A stretch of DNA of 50,397 bases, counting the filler, from Jimgerdemannia flammicorona (Eukaryota): assembly GCA_003990765.1 (NCBI GenBank). It is 2 parts of 2 records of this genome, joined end to end, with 100 filler letters (N's around TTAATTAATTAA, not from the genome) between each part and the next. Parts side by side here need not be neighbours in the genome. Positions count along the whole stretch, not along the records: positions 1 to 25,151 come from RBNJ01000876.1; 1 more part is not named here. One strand, 5' to 3'. Positions 1 to 11,568 of this stretch are shown piece after piece. Under the pieces are notes generated by a model that had not been told where the DNA came from, made no database searches, and saw only the letters and a list, made by a program, of their open reading frames with translations. Position 1 is the stretch's first letter. The number at the start of each line of letters is the position of its first letter. Made by a program: the position numbers and the translations under genes.

Positions 1-445
1 ACCCCCATCAGCAGTCCCACCCCCAGCCACAGCTCCTCCAGACCCTACGCTCACACCTCCAACCTGAGGACCACCCCCCCTCCCAAGGCTCGCCTTGCCC
101 TTCCCCACAGCAGCACCAGCCCTGTCGGCAGCCCTGTCTCCAACTGGCCATCCACTCCCCTTCACCTTGTCAGCAAAGCTGGAGGGACCAGCCCTTCCCC
201 TGTTACCACCCAGCACTGGTTCTCCTCCAGAGCCCTCTCCGCCTTTTGACCCTCCAAAGGCCCCCATCCCCAGGCCAAAACCCCTCCCCACCTCCTGCCA
301 GCCGAAAGCCCCAGCTCCCCCCGACCCAGTATGCCTGTCAGAACTCTTGCTCGAAGATATGTTGATAGTACCTTTTCTCCTAGTAGTGTCAAAAACTGTT
401 GCTTGAAGTCTTGTGTAACGCAAATTGTACTGGAGAAAGGTGGGG
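1..445 (-). mobile_element. 5' end (5' UTR + ORF1 N-terminus) of an L1/Tx1-like LINE; the rest lies upstream of the window
   Basis: Homologous to the LINE A 5' end: accttgtcagcaaag (164 vs 22134), ccccacctcctgccagccgaaagc vs ccccacctgctgccagccaaaggc, and gtcttgtgtaacgcaaattgtactggagaaagg vs gtcttgtgtcatccaaatgttactagtgaaaga. Confidence 0.8.
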
Positions 446-456
446 TGGTAATAACT

Positions 457-474
457 TAGTGTCTATTAACTGGT
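457..474 (+). promoter_or_regulatory. Putative primer-binding site of E1 (decayed TGGTGTCTATTGGCTGGT)
   Basis: ataac-t-tagtgtctattaactggt matches ataac-t-tggtgtctattggctggt, which directly follows the E2 5' LTR (36931). The priming tRNA was not identified. Confidence 0.5.
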
Positions 475-567
475 GATTCAAGATAAATCTCTCACTTTCA
501 AACTAAAAAATAAACGATCATCACTATCTGAACAACTATACAACTGAAATATCAAGACAGGATAGAT

Positions 568-1900
568 ATGAGACCATCAGTATTCTATAGTTATACTTCA
601 GATGAGTCAATCATTACCTTCATTGATGATTTCAAGCAATATACTACTATAAGGGGTCTGACCACAAGATAGCAAGTAAACCTCATGCTCTTCAGTCTTC
701 AAGGACCAGCAAGAGCAGCATTTACAGCTGAAATCTATATAGAAAATGATGATAATACTATGCTAGCAGTACAGAAGATCTGGCTCTGAGCTATATACTA
801 TATAGATAAGATCAAGCAGATACTGAAGGATTAGCTTAACATAACATATCAAGGAATGAGTAAGGATTCAAACACATTCTACACTAGAATTTAATATTAG
901 ATAATCCTTATAGATTATGCTGCTGCCATCAGAGATCAAGTAGCTAAAGCAATCTTCATGAAAGGAATCTATCTAGAGATAGTCCTGGCTATCTGCTCAT
1001 CACTAATAGTTCTGAATCTGATACAGAAGATCACCTATACTCAGTGATACTGGATAGCCAGATATCAACAAAACTATACAATAGAGAGAGTTACTAGAGT
1101 CAGAATCAAAGTATCTAAGGTAAATAGCATAATCTCTACTATAGTGATCAATTGAAACACACCTCAACCAAGAGCTACTAAATAATAGAGAAATAGTGAC
1201 CCTATAGAGGAACTTGCTGAGAAGTTTGCCAAAATGACAGCCTACCTAGGAGATATAGTAAAGGAAATTAAAGGAAGAGACTACTGCCCAGTTCAGAAAT
1301 TTTTTGCCATCTTAGACAAGAAGAGAGATACCTGCTATATTTGTAGAGAAGAAGGCTACTACTTAAATAAATGGATGAGTAAAACCAAGTACAAGATACA
1401 GCCAAGAAATACTACTTGAAATAAAAAATAGGCCAATATTATTATCTTCAAAAAGATTGGGGAATCAGATGAAGAAAAATGGAAGACCTATCCTACACAG
1501 ACCACTAAAAAGGATGTTCACAAAGAACTCTACAAGAGATCACCAGAGAGATCTAAGAAGAACCTTGTAGAAAAGCAGATAGAGACTACTATAGAAAGTC
1601 AAGGTAAAGAAATAGATCAAGATATGGAGCTAGAACAGGCTGTTCAAGATATCATATGAGGAACTACTCCAGCCAGTAAAGGAGAGAAGAAGAAGAAGCT
1701 TTGCAAAACCAAGACCTTCAAGTATGATATCTTCAAGGATCTCAGTCAACAAAAGATCAATGCAACCTTTGGCCAGCTGGCAGAAATATCTACATTTAGA
1801 TAACAAATGAGATATGGACTTGCTGAAATAACTAAGGAGCAAGGATGGAAGATAACAGAGGCCAACAATATTCAAGAAGACTCAAGAGAAGAAAGTGAAG
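568..1900 (+). pseudogene. gag: E1 gag with degenerate CCHC zinc knuckle
   Basis: CYICREEGYYLNKW at about 1333-1375 is a decayed CxxCxxxxHxxxxC. The N-terminus is homologous to E2 37054 onward. Many stops. Confidence 0.75.
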
Positions 1901-2330
1901 ACAACTGTAAGACCTCTGCCTATGTAATCTGTCAAATCAAGGACAGAGTCTTGAGGCTATTATTGATACAGAAGCAAGAGGATGCCTTCTCAGCAAGAAA
2001 GCAATAGACTGCCTAGGTTGGGAAGTTGAAGAAGCAACCAAATTAGTATTCATCACAGCAGATGGCATAAGAGCCATATCTCTGGAAAAGATCTGAGATG
2101 TTTCCATCAAGTTTGGAGGAGCAACCATTCCAGTAGATGTAATTATAATCAATGCAACCAACTATGACATCTTTATTAGCAATCAATGGCTTCACAAAGT
2201 CAAGACAATAATTGATCTGAATGTCTAGAAGATGCTGATCATCTACTATAGACAGAAGATGCAAATTTCTATTAATATCAACAAAGGAGTTCTGCCTGAG
2301 ATGAAGGAAGAAAAGAGTGAACAAGAGGAA
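1900..2330 (+). pseudogene. E1 aspartic protease
   Basis: IIDTEAR (decayed IIDTGAG) at about 1960; YDIFISNQWL (D-h-h-h-G-x-x-W motif) at about 2163. Confidence 0.75.
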
Positions 2331-2629
2331 GCCTATATGGTGACAACTTAGAAAAAGAAGAAGAAAATCAGATGTATGAGTAAAGAAGACTGGTGTAAGA
2401 AGATTATAGAAGGATATGCACTACAAGGAGTCTGTCCCCATGGAATCTGAATGTACTATAGGGAGCACATTAATGAGTATTATCAGTGCACCAGCAAAAT
2501 CAAGGAGATCTACTACCAGAGAAGAGAGAAGGTCCTCAAGAAACAGGCAAGAGAAGAAAAGAAAATAAAAGAAGAAGAGAATGATGAACCACCAGCTCTC
2601 CTCAAAGATAGTAATGATGAAGAGAAAAT

Positions 2630-3050
2630 CAAGATTAAGATTCAGAAGATTCATTCTGATGCAGTCTTATCAGAATATAAGTTAGAAAATATAGCTGGAA
2701 TGGATATTACCACAGTGGAGAAAACTGTACTTAAACCTCTGACAACTACTCTACTTGTAACTGGTCTGGAGATGACCATTCCAAAGGACTATGTTGGAAT
2801 CCTCATGACAAGAAGCAGCCTGGCTAGGAGTGAAATCACAATTGAAGGAGAAGTTATTAATTCAGATTATATTGGAGAAATACTACTTATTATCAGAAAC
2901 CACAATCCTACAATTCCATTTCCAATTAAGAAGAAGAATCAACTGGTATAGATATTGATCTTTCCAGTTCTTCAGTTAAGAATTATAGAAGTCAAGAAGT
3001 TGGAGAAAATAGAAAGAGAAAAAAAAAGGATTCAGATCTACAGAAAGAGG
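2630..3050 (+). pseudogene. dut: E1 dUTPase domain
   Basis: AGMDI (motif 1), TGL..IPKDYVG, RSSLA (motif 2), GEVINSDYIGE (motif 3, GVIDxDYxGE), QLV*ILI (motif 4), and decayed RxxxGFGSTG at about 3016-3045. Confidence 0.92.
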
Positions 3051-3109
3051 AGTATTTATCAGTACTAAGATTACTGAGCTGAAGCACAAGAAGGAAGAAA
3101 CTACAAACA

Positions 3110-4478
3110 AGCACAGCTACACTATTGGAAATGAATTCTTACTCAAAATAGAGCTCAAGAAAATACTCTATAAATTTGAGAATATTCTTACCATAGACTT
3201 CAAGAATATCAAAGGAAAGACTCCACACTACTATTATAATATAGATACTAGAGATATCAAACCAATTTACTAGAAGGCAAGACCTGTCCCACTAGTCTAC
3301 CAAGAGTGGCTCAGAGAAGAAATTAAGCAGATGGAAGAAGTTGGTATCATCAAAGAGGTCAGTAGTCCCTGGTCTTCACCAGTTGTATTAGTCTTAAAGA
3401 AAGGAAGCAAGCCTGGAGAATTTGCCCCAAGACTCTGTATTGATTACAGAAAGCTCAATATAGTCACCAAGAAGGATTGCTAACTACTATCCCTCATCAA
3501 TGATATTCTTATAACTCTGGAAGATGAAGCACAGTACTATAGTATCTTGGATCTATACTCCAGATTCCACCAAATCAGACTCACAGAAACAACAAGTGAG
3601 AAATCAGCCTTTATCACTCCAGATAGAATCTATATCTACCTGTGAATGTTATTTGGAATATGCAATACCCCTATGAGCTTCTAGTAAATAATGAACAAAA
3701 TCTTCTACTATAATATGAGAAGATAGATGATGATTTATATAGATGACATTATTATCTACAGTAAGACAGCTGAGGAATATCTACTATATATCTATTAGAT
3801 AATAGAAAAGCTGAGACAGTATGGTCTTCACATCAAGCCCAAGAAGTGCAAATTTGCAGAAATTGAGATTATCTATCTTGGCCACATCATTAATCAAGAT
3901 GAAACACATATAGATCCTCTTAAGATTCAAGCAGTAGCAGTATATCCAAGGTTTACCACAGTTACTGAAGCCCAAGCCTTCATGAGACTCATCTCATACT
4001 ACCACCAATTTATCAGAGGTTTCTTTAACATCACAGGTCCAATTTATGAACTCAATAAGAAGGATATCAAGTTTCAATAGACTGGTAGGTAAAAAAAAAC
4101 ATTTGATGAGCTTAAGGTCAGACTGACCTAGGCACCTATTCTCAGAAGACCTGATTAGACTCAAGAATTTATCCTATAGACAGATATAAGTACCTAAGAA
4201 CTAGGAGTAGTTCTAGCTCAAAAGAAAGATAAAGTGAAATATATCATTACATACCTAAGTCAAGGAATCTGAGGAGCTGAAAAAGAATATGAATTCTATA
4301 AGTTAGAATGTCTTACAGTTATCTGGACTATAAAAAAGTTCCACTACTACCTCACTGGAAGATACTTCACTATTTAGACAGATCACTCAGCCCTCACTTA
4401 GCTACTGATCACTGGACAACTCAAAGGAATCTATGTCAGATGGATTATGAAGTTGCAAGTATATATTGTAACCATTAT
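3110..4478 (+). pseudogene. pol: E1 reverse transcriptase + RNase H (resumes at 10291-10386 after the hAT)
   Basis: SSPWSSPVVLV, RLCIDYRKLN, LDLYSRFHQI, YIDD, YLGHII, LECLTVIW, TDHSAL, RWIMKLQ. After the insertion it continues TIMHHLGRTNANADVLS. Confidence 0.92.
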
Positions 4479-4529
4479 TAGTGCTCTACAAACCTGATCT
4501 AATTAACTTGAAACCTGACCTATAAAACA

Positions 4530-4790
4530 GCCAACCCAGAATTATATATCACCTATCTTTAACCTAACCTAGAATTATATGTCTTCCATCTTTAATCCAA
4601 CTCAGAATTATATGTCACCCATCTTTAACCTAATCTGGAAAGATATATTATCCATCTTTAACCTGACCCAGAAATATATATCACCTGACCTGTTATTTAC
4701 CCTTAACCCAAACCTAAACCTGATCCCTGAACCTGACCCTGAACCCAATTCCTAAACTCAATTCTGAACCCAACCCTCTGAACTTTGCCT
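4530..4790 (+). repeat. Left subterminal array of the hAT (33-bp unit) plus short aaccct/aacctg repeats
   Basis: atcttt recurs at 4555, 4588, 4621 and 4654. The unit is approximately aacccagaattatatgtcacccatctttaacct. Confidence 0.9.
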
Positions 4791-4859
4791 TGAAAAAATT
4801 ATTCAGATAATATTTAGATAATATTCAAAGTAATTAGAAGTGAAAAATATCTGAAGACT

Positions 4860-7177
4860 ACTAAGAATCCAAATATATATATGTACAAATTGTATTTACA
4901 TATAAGCTATTTTGATATTCAGTTATTAGTTCACTAGTAATAGAAAAAATACATTCAGATAGAACAGATATTGCCAAAATAGCAAGATAATCATGAGCCA
5001 TTCATAAAAGATTAGGATATACTGACCGATTTCACTATTACAAATCTAGTATATCTATATGAGGATTAGCTGGATTCTCTGACAAATAACTGAAACAGAG
5101 AAATATAAGTGAAAATCAACCAAGTCAACTAAAAAATATAAAAACAACACCTATTATTCAAGCTCATCATCCATATAATTATACTATTTCTTCTCATATA
5201 TTGAGTTAATAAAATCATTGATATCATAAGATATTAAGAGTATAATAATAGCATTAACAGGCTTATACACCTTTTCTCAGATATATTCAATCTGATACTT
5301 CCATTCATCAATTAAGGATTTTTTCCATTACTTATAATGGAAATAATATATATTGATATATAGATCTAAGGCCAAAGCTATGTTGTATAATGGTATCATC
5401 TTGTAGTAATATATACTTTAGAAGTTTTATATATTTATTCTCAGCAGCAGTAAGCATTATCTATAAAAAATAAAAAATAAATAGAAATATATACATATTA
5501 CTTCCCAATTACTTACTAAATTAGTTCCTAAATTTACAAATAAAATTACTTTCAAAATCATATATATACTTGATTAAAATTTTCACCAGTTTGATATATA
5601 TTGATAACATCTTGAAAGTGATCACATAGCTTATTAAATAGTGAAATAACAGCCACTATTGTAAGATACTTCAAAGCTAATATCATGGTTGTCACTTTGG
5701 CAAAAAGCTTGAAAAATTGGCAAATTAATTCAAATTATTGCCATATATCTTCAGATATATCACTCATTTACTTATCTATAGCATACAATATATCTAAGCC
5801 CTATTTGGATATAATATTAATTTATTTAGTACCAAAATACTTCTGAATTATATTCTAAAATCTATATAAATAGATTCAAAATCTTATCTTATAAATCTCT
5901 AGAGTATATACTAATATTTCATATATAGAACTCCATCTCATCATAACATCTAAGAGAGGATTCACAGACTTTCACCAGTTATGCTTATCATTGTACTGAA
6001 TTTTTGATCTTCTTTATCAACTCTCATAGCTTTTCAATGAGCTCACTAAGAGAACTAAGAGTATTATGAATGACAAGATTCAACATATATCTGAAATAGT
6101 ATATATAAGTGAGTGAATGATAGAGATTCCCAAACAGAGTATCATTATTACTGGTATTGTCACATACAATAGCAATAGTTTGATTATCACTGGATAATAA
6201 ATCATCTATTATCAGTTCTAGACATTTCACAAGATTAGTACCCATGTATATTATTTCACTAATATTTACAAAGTCTAAGATAATGTTATATATTTTCCAA
6301 TCACTGTCAATCCAATGAGCTGTTATTTCAAGAAAGGCCTTAATATTAATATCTAATGTCCAACAATCAAGTATAAGTGACATCTTTGACTTAAGCTCTG
6401 TTAGTTTTACTTTTACTTGAGTCTGTAATAGTTTGAATTTCTTTCAAATAACTTGCAAAATTATATCAGCCAATGGAAGGGCCAGATCAGGGTGTAATAT
6501 ATAAAGGAGATACTTGAAGTTAGCATTTTTGATAGTAGAGAATAGCTAATATCTAGTGATAATGAAGTTGGTAATTAATTGATAGAAATTTTCATCACTT
6601 AAAGTTTTGCTAGTATGTTCCTATTTGTAATAATAAAATTTGATAAATTATTTTTCTAATAATCTCCTAAGTACTTCCTAAATTCCATTCTATCCATACT
6701 CATACATAATATCATCTTTCTTAGACCAGCAAGGATTCTCAGCACACTAGAGGTAAGAGTATAATATTGTGATGCTTCCAGAGATGTCATTTAAGACTGT
6801 CCTTCAATATATAGCTCCAAGTTATGCAATAGTTGCAACTGATGAGCTTACTTTGTAAATTCTATTTGGATAGAGAGATATGAGATTATATTAGAACCTC
6901 AACTGCTTACAACCAATTACTCTTATAATCAACCACTCTTATGACTGATGAGACAAACTACCCCTATAAATGCAACTATTAATACAATATATAAAACTAC
7001 CTTTGTGATATAATTCTACACTCAGCTATCACCAGGTTTTGTTTTTATTTTTATTCTTATACTTATTAGTGATAATGAATCAGTAGAGATATCTAATATA
7101 TTCTCTGATATATTCTCTGATATATTATCTAACAGTTCTGAGATTTCTCCTAAATGTACTTCTTGATCTTTAGACAT
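4860..7177 (-). pseudogene. hAT transposase (BED-like finger, catalytic core, C-terminal dimerisation domain), intron-containing, decayed
   Basis: SCNYC...LK*HLWKHH at about 6770-6845; SLILDCWT...FLEITAHWIDSDW...IVCDN in ORF 6024-6383; MAHDYLAILAISVLSECIFS...LDS* (decayed MARDYLAIPATSVPSERIFS) at about 4860-5005. Confidence 0.9.
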
Positions 7178-7527
7178 TTCTAAAAATGTTTGATGATAGC
7201 AGAGACTGAGAGCTTGAGTGAGAGGCTGAGAGCTAGAAAGTGACTAGGAAGTGGTGAGCTAGGGAGTGGTGAACTGGGGAATGAGCTGGAAGAGCAGTGA
7301 ACTAGGGAGGGACAGTGAGCAGCAGGGAAAGCCAGAAAATATGGGGCCTGGAACAGGAGTCAGCAAGCTGGGGAGCAGTAAGATAGAGAGCAGTGAGATA
7401 GTGGTATAAGATATGATAGCCAAAGATTAATTGTGGACAGAGAATGGATGAATAAATATATACAGATAGTGAACTGATACTCATCATGTAACTGCAAACA
7501 ACATACTTTGGATATTCAGCATGTTCT

Positions 7528-8206
7528 GTATAATTCAGTATATTCTACATAAGCTCCAATTGAGTGAGATTTGTAATGATGTTTAAGCAAGGTTTATAGT
7601 ATATTTGAGAGAGATTTGCAAGCAATATTAAAGTGAGATTTGCAAGTGATGTTTGAGCAAGATTTGTATAAATCAGGCTTTATAAGCCTTGCACTTGTAA
7701 GCCTGAACAAGTAAGCTGATACATATGACATATATATAAACTGATATCACATAATATCAGCTATCAGCTAAGTAGAGCAAAGCTTATGCTTATGCTTATG
7801 CTTACACTTGCAATTCAGAGCTTTTCTCACTGTGTTCCACTCCTCTCTATATAATTCAGTATGTTCTGTATAAGTCCTGATTGAGTGAGGTTTGTAATAA
7901 TGTTTGAGTGAGATTTGTGATGCATTTGAGCAAGGTTTATAGTGCATTTAAGTGAGACTTACAAGCAATGTTTGAGTGAAATTTGTGATATATTTGAGTA
8001 AGGTTTGTAGTGCATTTGAGTGAGATTTGCATAAGCCAGGCTTTGCAAGCCTTGTACTTATAAGCCTGGACAAGCTCAGTCTGACAAGTTGATAATAAGC
8101 TGATATTATATAATATTAGCTATTAGCTAAGTTGAGCAAAGCTTATACTTATGCTTATACTTACACTTGCAATCTGGAGCTTTTCTTACTACATTCCACT
8201 CCTCTT
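7528..8206. repeat. Tandem duplication (about 320-355 bp x2) with internal ~21-bp subrepeats, between the two divergent hAT ORFs
   Basis: Both units start tataattcagta and end ttccactcctct. They share tttgagtgagatttg subrepeats and agcaaagcttat. Confidence 0.85.
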
Positions 8207-8492
8207 GCATTCCACTCCTCTTGCACAACTCTCACATATTCTTCTACCTCCCTCACTCTCATTTCTCAGATTGCAAACAATATACAATTTAGAAAGGAGT
8301 TTTGAAAGAGATTTTGAAGAGATTTCAAAAGAGCTTCTGAAAGAGATTTCAGAGAGATTCTGAAAGAGCTTCTGAAAGATATTATAGCTTTTGAATATTT
8401 AAGATTTCAAAAGCTTACTTTTGTCTCTTATTCTTTTCACTTTGTCTATTGTTTTGCCTTATCCTTCACTTTACCTCACTTAATTCACCACT

Positions 8493-8767
8493 ATGTTGAG
8501 AATACATAGATATGACCACCCAGTCAATAAGTATTTACTTGGTCCCCCCTAAGTACAATGTACTTCAGCTCACCATTCCAAAGCTCAGTACTCTAAAGAT
8601 ATCCAGCTTGCTGACACCCAGCCTGCTAAGCTTACCAATACCCAGGTTGTTGAGCTTACCAACTTCCAGCTTACTAACCCTCAGCTCTCTGATCTCCAGC
8701 TTGACTGCCAGCTCACCATCAGTCTGCAAGCACAAGGTCTATCCCAATAATGTAGCTTGAAGAAGTT

Positions 8768-8817
<50 letters not shown>

Positions 8818-9798
8818 TTTTTTTTTTTTTTTTTTTTTTTCTTTTTAAATCAATGTCCAAATTTTTTTTCTAATAATATTTGAAATATACATATTCTTCA
8901 GCTTCTACATAAGCCTGGGCTAGAGTACAAATCTTACTACAATTACAATTTTTGCCATCAAGTTTGCCCAAGCACTATCTGGAAGTATTGTCAAACCAAT
9001 TTCTCAGATATCCCAAACCTCATAGAGAAAAGAGCTTATAAATCAGACATTAGACATCTTTTGCTACAGCCAATAAATGCATTAAGAAAGTACATAATGA
9101 CCAACTGAGGCAAGAAGTCATAAGAGCAATAAAAAACTGTGCAAAAATTATAGAATATTTATCATACTATACTGGCTTCAAGGTAAATACCAAAGCATAG
9201 AACAAGTGAGGTTGTCCAGATGGAATTGTTATCATAGATGAACATAAAAAACTGCTGACCATATTTGAATGAGTACTGGTGAAGAATGACAAAATTCTCT
9301 ATAATGTAACTGATGGATAGCAGGCTTATACATTTTGTTAAGAGGGGTGGTGGTAGAGAAGATGGAGAGGTAGGAGAGATCAGTACTGGTAGAGAGATCA
9401 GTGCTAGTAGAGAGATCAGTGGAGAGGTTAGTGTGGGGGAGGTCAGTACAGGGGAGGTCAGCACAGGAGAGGTTGGTATAGGAGAGGTTGATATGGAAGA
9501 GGTCAGTATAGAGGAACATGAGGAGATCAGCATGGGGGAGGTTGGCACAGAGGAACATAGAGAGGTTGGCACAGGGGAGGTCAGCATGGAGGAATATGGA
9601 GAGGTTGGCATAGAGGACAAAATGAAGGTTGGTATAGAGGAGGTTAATATAGAGGAAAATATAAAGAAGAAGGATATAGAGAAAAGCAGTTTGGAATATA
9701 TGAAGGAAGATGGTTTGGAATATAAGAAAGAGGAGAATCAGTTGGTTTATAGCAATGAAGAGGAGGAGGATCAGTTAGTTTATAGTGATGAAGAGTAA
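8493..9798 (+). pseudogene. Second (accessory) gene inside the hAT; probable intron 8765-8901; acidic repeat C-terminus
   Basis: GTTAGT donor, poly-T, CTAAT branch site and CAG acceptor. Splicing gives a continuous frame (AWARVQILLQLQFLPSSLPKHYLEVLSNQF...SFATANKCIKKVHNDQLRQEVIRAIKNCAK...) broken by transition-type stops. Ends in E(V/I)STG-type 15-bp repeats (ORF 9313-9798). Two frameshifts have to be inferred. Confidence 0.55.
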
Positions 9799-9954
9799 GA
9801 TCTGTTTATACTAATAAGTTTTTATTTTCCTGATTTATTTCCTATTTATTTACAATCTTATTTTGATTTCTGATTTCTAATTATATTTCTGTTTGTTTAT
9901 TCTAAATATATATCTTAGATGTGCAATATATATTTTTTTGATACCTTGTAGCTT

Positions 9955-10270
9955 AAAGGCAGATTAAAGATGAGTCTGTATTAGGTTAAATATAGGTCAG
10001 AGTTGGATTACATATATTTCTTGGGTTAGGTCATATATATTGCTTGGGTTAGGTTAAAGATGGGTTATGTATAATTCTGGGTTGGGTTAAAGATAGTAAT
10101 ATATATTTCCAGATTGAGTTAAAGATAGGTAACATTTAATTCTGGGTCAGGTTAAAGATGGGTGACATATAAGTCTGGGTCAGATTAAAGATAGGTGATA
10201 TATATTTCAAGATTAGGTTAAAGATGAGTGACATATAATTCCAGATTGGGTTAAATATGTACATGGGTTG
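9955..10270 (-). repeat. Right subterminal array of the hAT (inverted copies of the 33-bp unit)
   Basis: ttaaagatg recurs about every 33 bp and is the reverse complement of the left array. Confidence 0.9.
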
Positions 10271-10378
10271 GCTCAGGTTGTGATGCACTAACCATCATGC
10301 ACCACCTAGGAAGAACTAATGCCAATGCAGATGTTCTCTCATGGATACTCCAAAGGACTCCCAAACAGTAAATCAATC

Positions 10379-11560
10379 ATGAATAAAGAGCTCTACTATA
10401 GAATGATCACCTATCTAGAATAGTGAAAGATGCCCCAAAATCTGAAAGAATAGACACAAATGATTATCAATAGCATATGGAAATAATTTGAAATCAATGG
10501 AGAAATATTGAAAAAAGAAAAGCTACTAGTTATACCAGAATACAAAAAGGAGTAAGCAATGAAATCAGTACATGAACTTGGCCATCTGGGAGGAACAAAC
10601 ACATATGATAAAGTAAGAAGAACAATATAGTAGCCAGGAATGGAAGAAGATATCAGATGATTTGTCAAGACCTGTAACAAATGCTAGAAATAGAAAAAAA
10701 ATCAACAAAATCAAGCTCCAGGATTAGTACTCATAAAACCAGTACTATTTGCCTACATTGTAATAGATGTGATTGGCCCCCTACCCTGGCAACCAATATA
10801 TCATTGTTATCATAGATCTTTTCATGAAATGGATAGAGACAGGACTCCTTAAGAAAGCCAATACACAGTCAATTGCTGATTTCTTTCACAAAGAAATCAT
10901 CTGCTAGTTCAAGACCCCAACACAAGTAACTACAGATAGAGGAACAGAATTCATGAACCAGTTCTTTGAGATTCTCTATAAGAAGTATAAGATCCAGCAC
11001 ATTCAGACTACAGCATACTATTCTCAAGAAAATGGACAGGCAGAAAGGACCAACAAGACCCTCAAAAATATTATTGTTAAGATCTATAATAACTACAAAA
11101 ACTGGGATCACTATCTGCCAATAGTATTATCTACTCTTCAAGATATTCAATCATAAAGCACCCATTTCACCCCTTGGAAAATACTGTTCAGAGAAGAAGG
11201 TTCTCAAGAAACTCTATCATTCAATAGAGATGCTGTATGGAAACATATAGATAGAGAAATATGGAGACTATATCAAATCAGGAAGAAGGCTGAGGATTAT
11301 ATAACCATGGCACAGACACTATAATGGAATAATGCAGAAAAGGTTCACAAGCCCCTGGAGATTATCAAAATAGAAGACAAAGCTCTGGTATATCAGAATA
11401 TAATAGAAGTTTCATGATCACAAAACCTAGAGCCTAAGTGAGAAGGACCTTACCTTGTGCAAGATATAAAAGAAACTACCTTTTGGCTATAAAAACTCTC
11501 AGGCATAATCATCCTCACTACTATTCACCAAAACTGACCCAAGAAGTATTATAGCTAGTC
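10379..11560 (+). pseudogene. int: E1 integrase, in a separate ORF starting MNKELYYRMITYL
   Basis: HELGHLGGTNTY...CNKC (HHCC), IVIDVIGPLP, TTDRGTEF, YSQENGQAERTNKTLK, and *EGPYLV (GPY/F). Confidence 0.9.
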
Positions 11561-11568
11561 AACAAAGT

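Larger units (their letters stand above)
4479..10290 (-). mobile_element. hAT-superfamily DNA transposon (5.8 kb) inserted in E1 RNase H
   Basis: TIRs are tagtgctctacaaacctga (4479) and tcaggttgtgatgcacta (ends 10290). The 8-bp TSD is accattat (4471-4478) / accatcat (10291-10298). The E1 reading frame resumes across it. Confidence 0.95.

Noticed and set aside
4530..4700. 33-bp and 35-bp arrays as possible CRISPR
   Set aside because: The units are contiguous with no unique spacers, there are no cas genes, and the context is eukaryotic TE.
4700..4780. AACCCT-like repeats as interstitial telomere
   Set aside because: They are irregular, lie within the hAT subterminal region, and are mirrored by ggtt motifs at the other end.
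8769..8845. Poly-T as a LINE tail
   Set aside because: No LINE 3' end is adjacent. It sits between a splice donor and a branch/acceptor, so it is more likely an intronic homopolymer.
9162..9620. Minus-strand Ser/Pro/Thr repeat ORFs
   Set aside because: They are the antisense of the 15-bp acidic repeats. Splice signals and frame continuity favour the plus strand.
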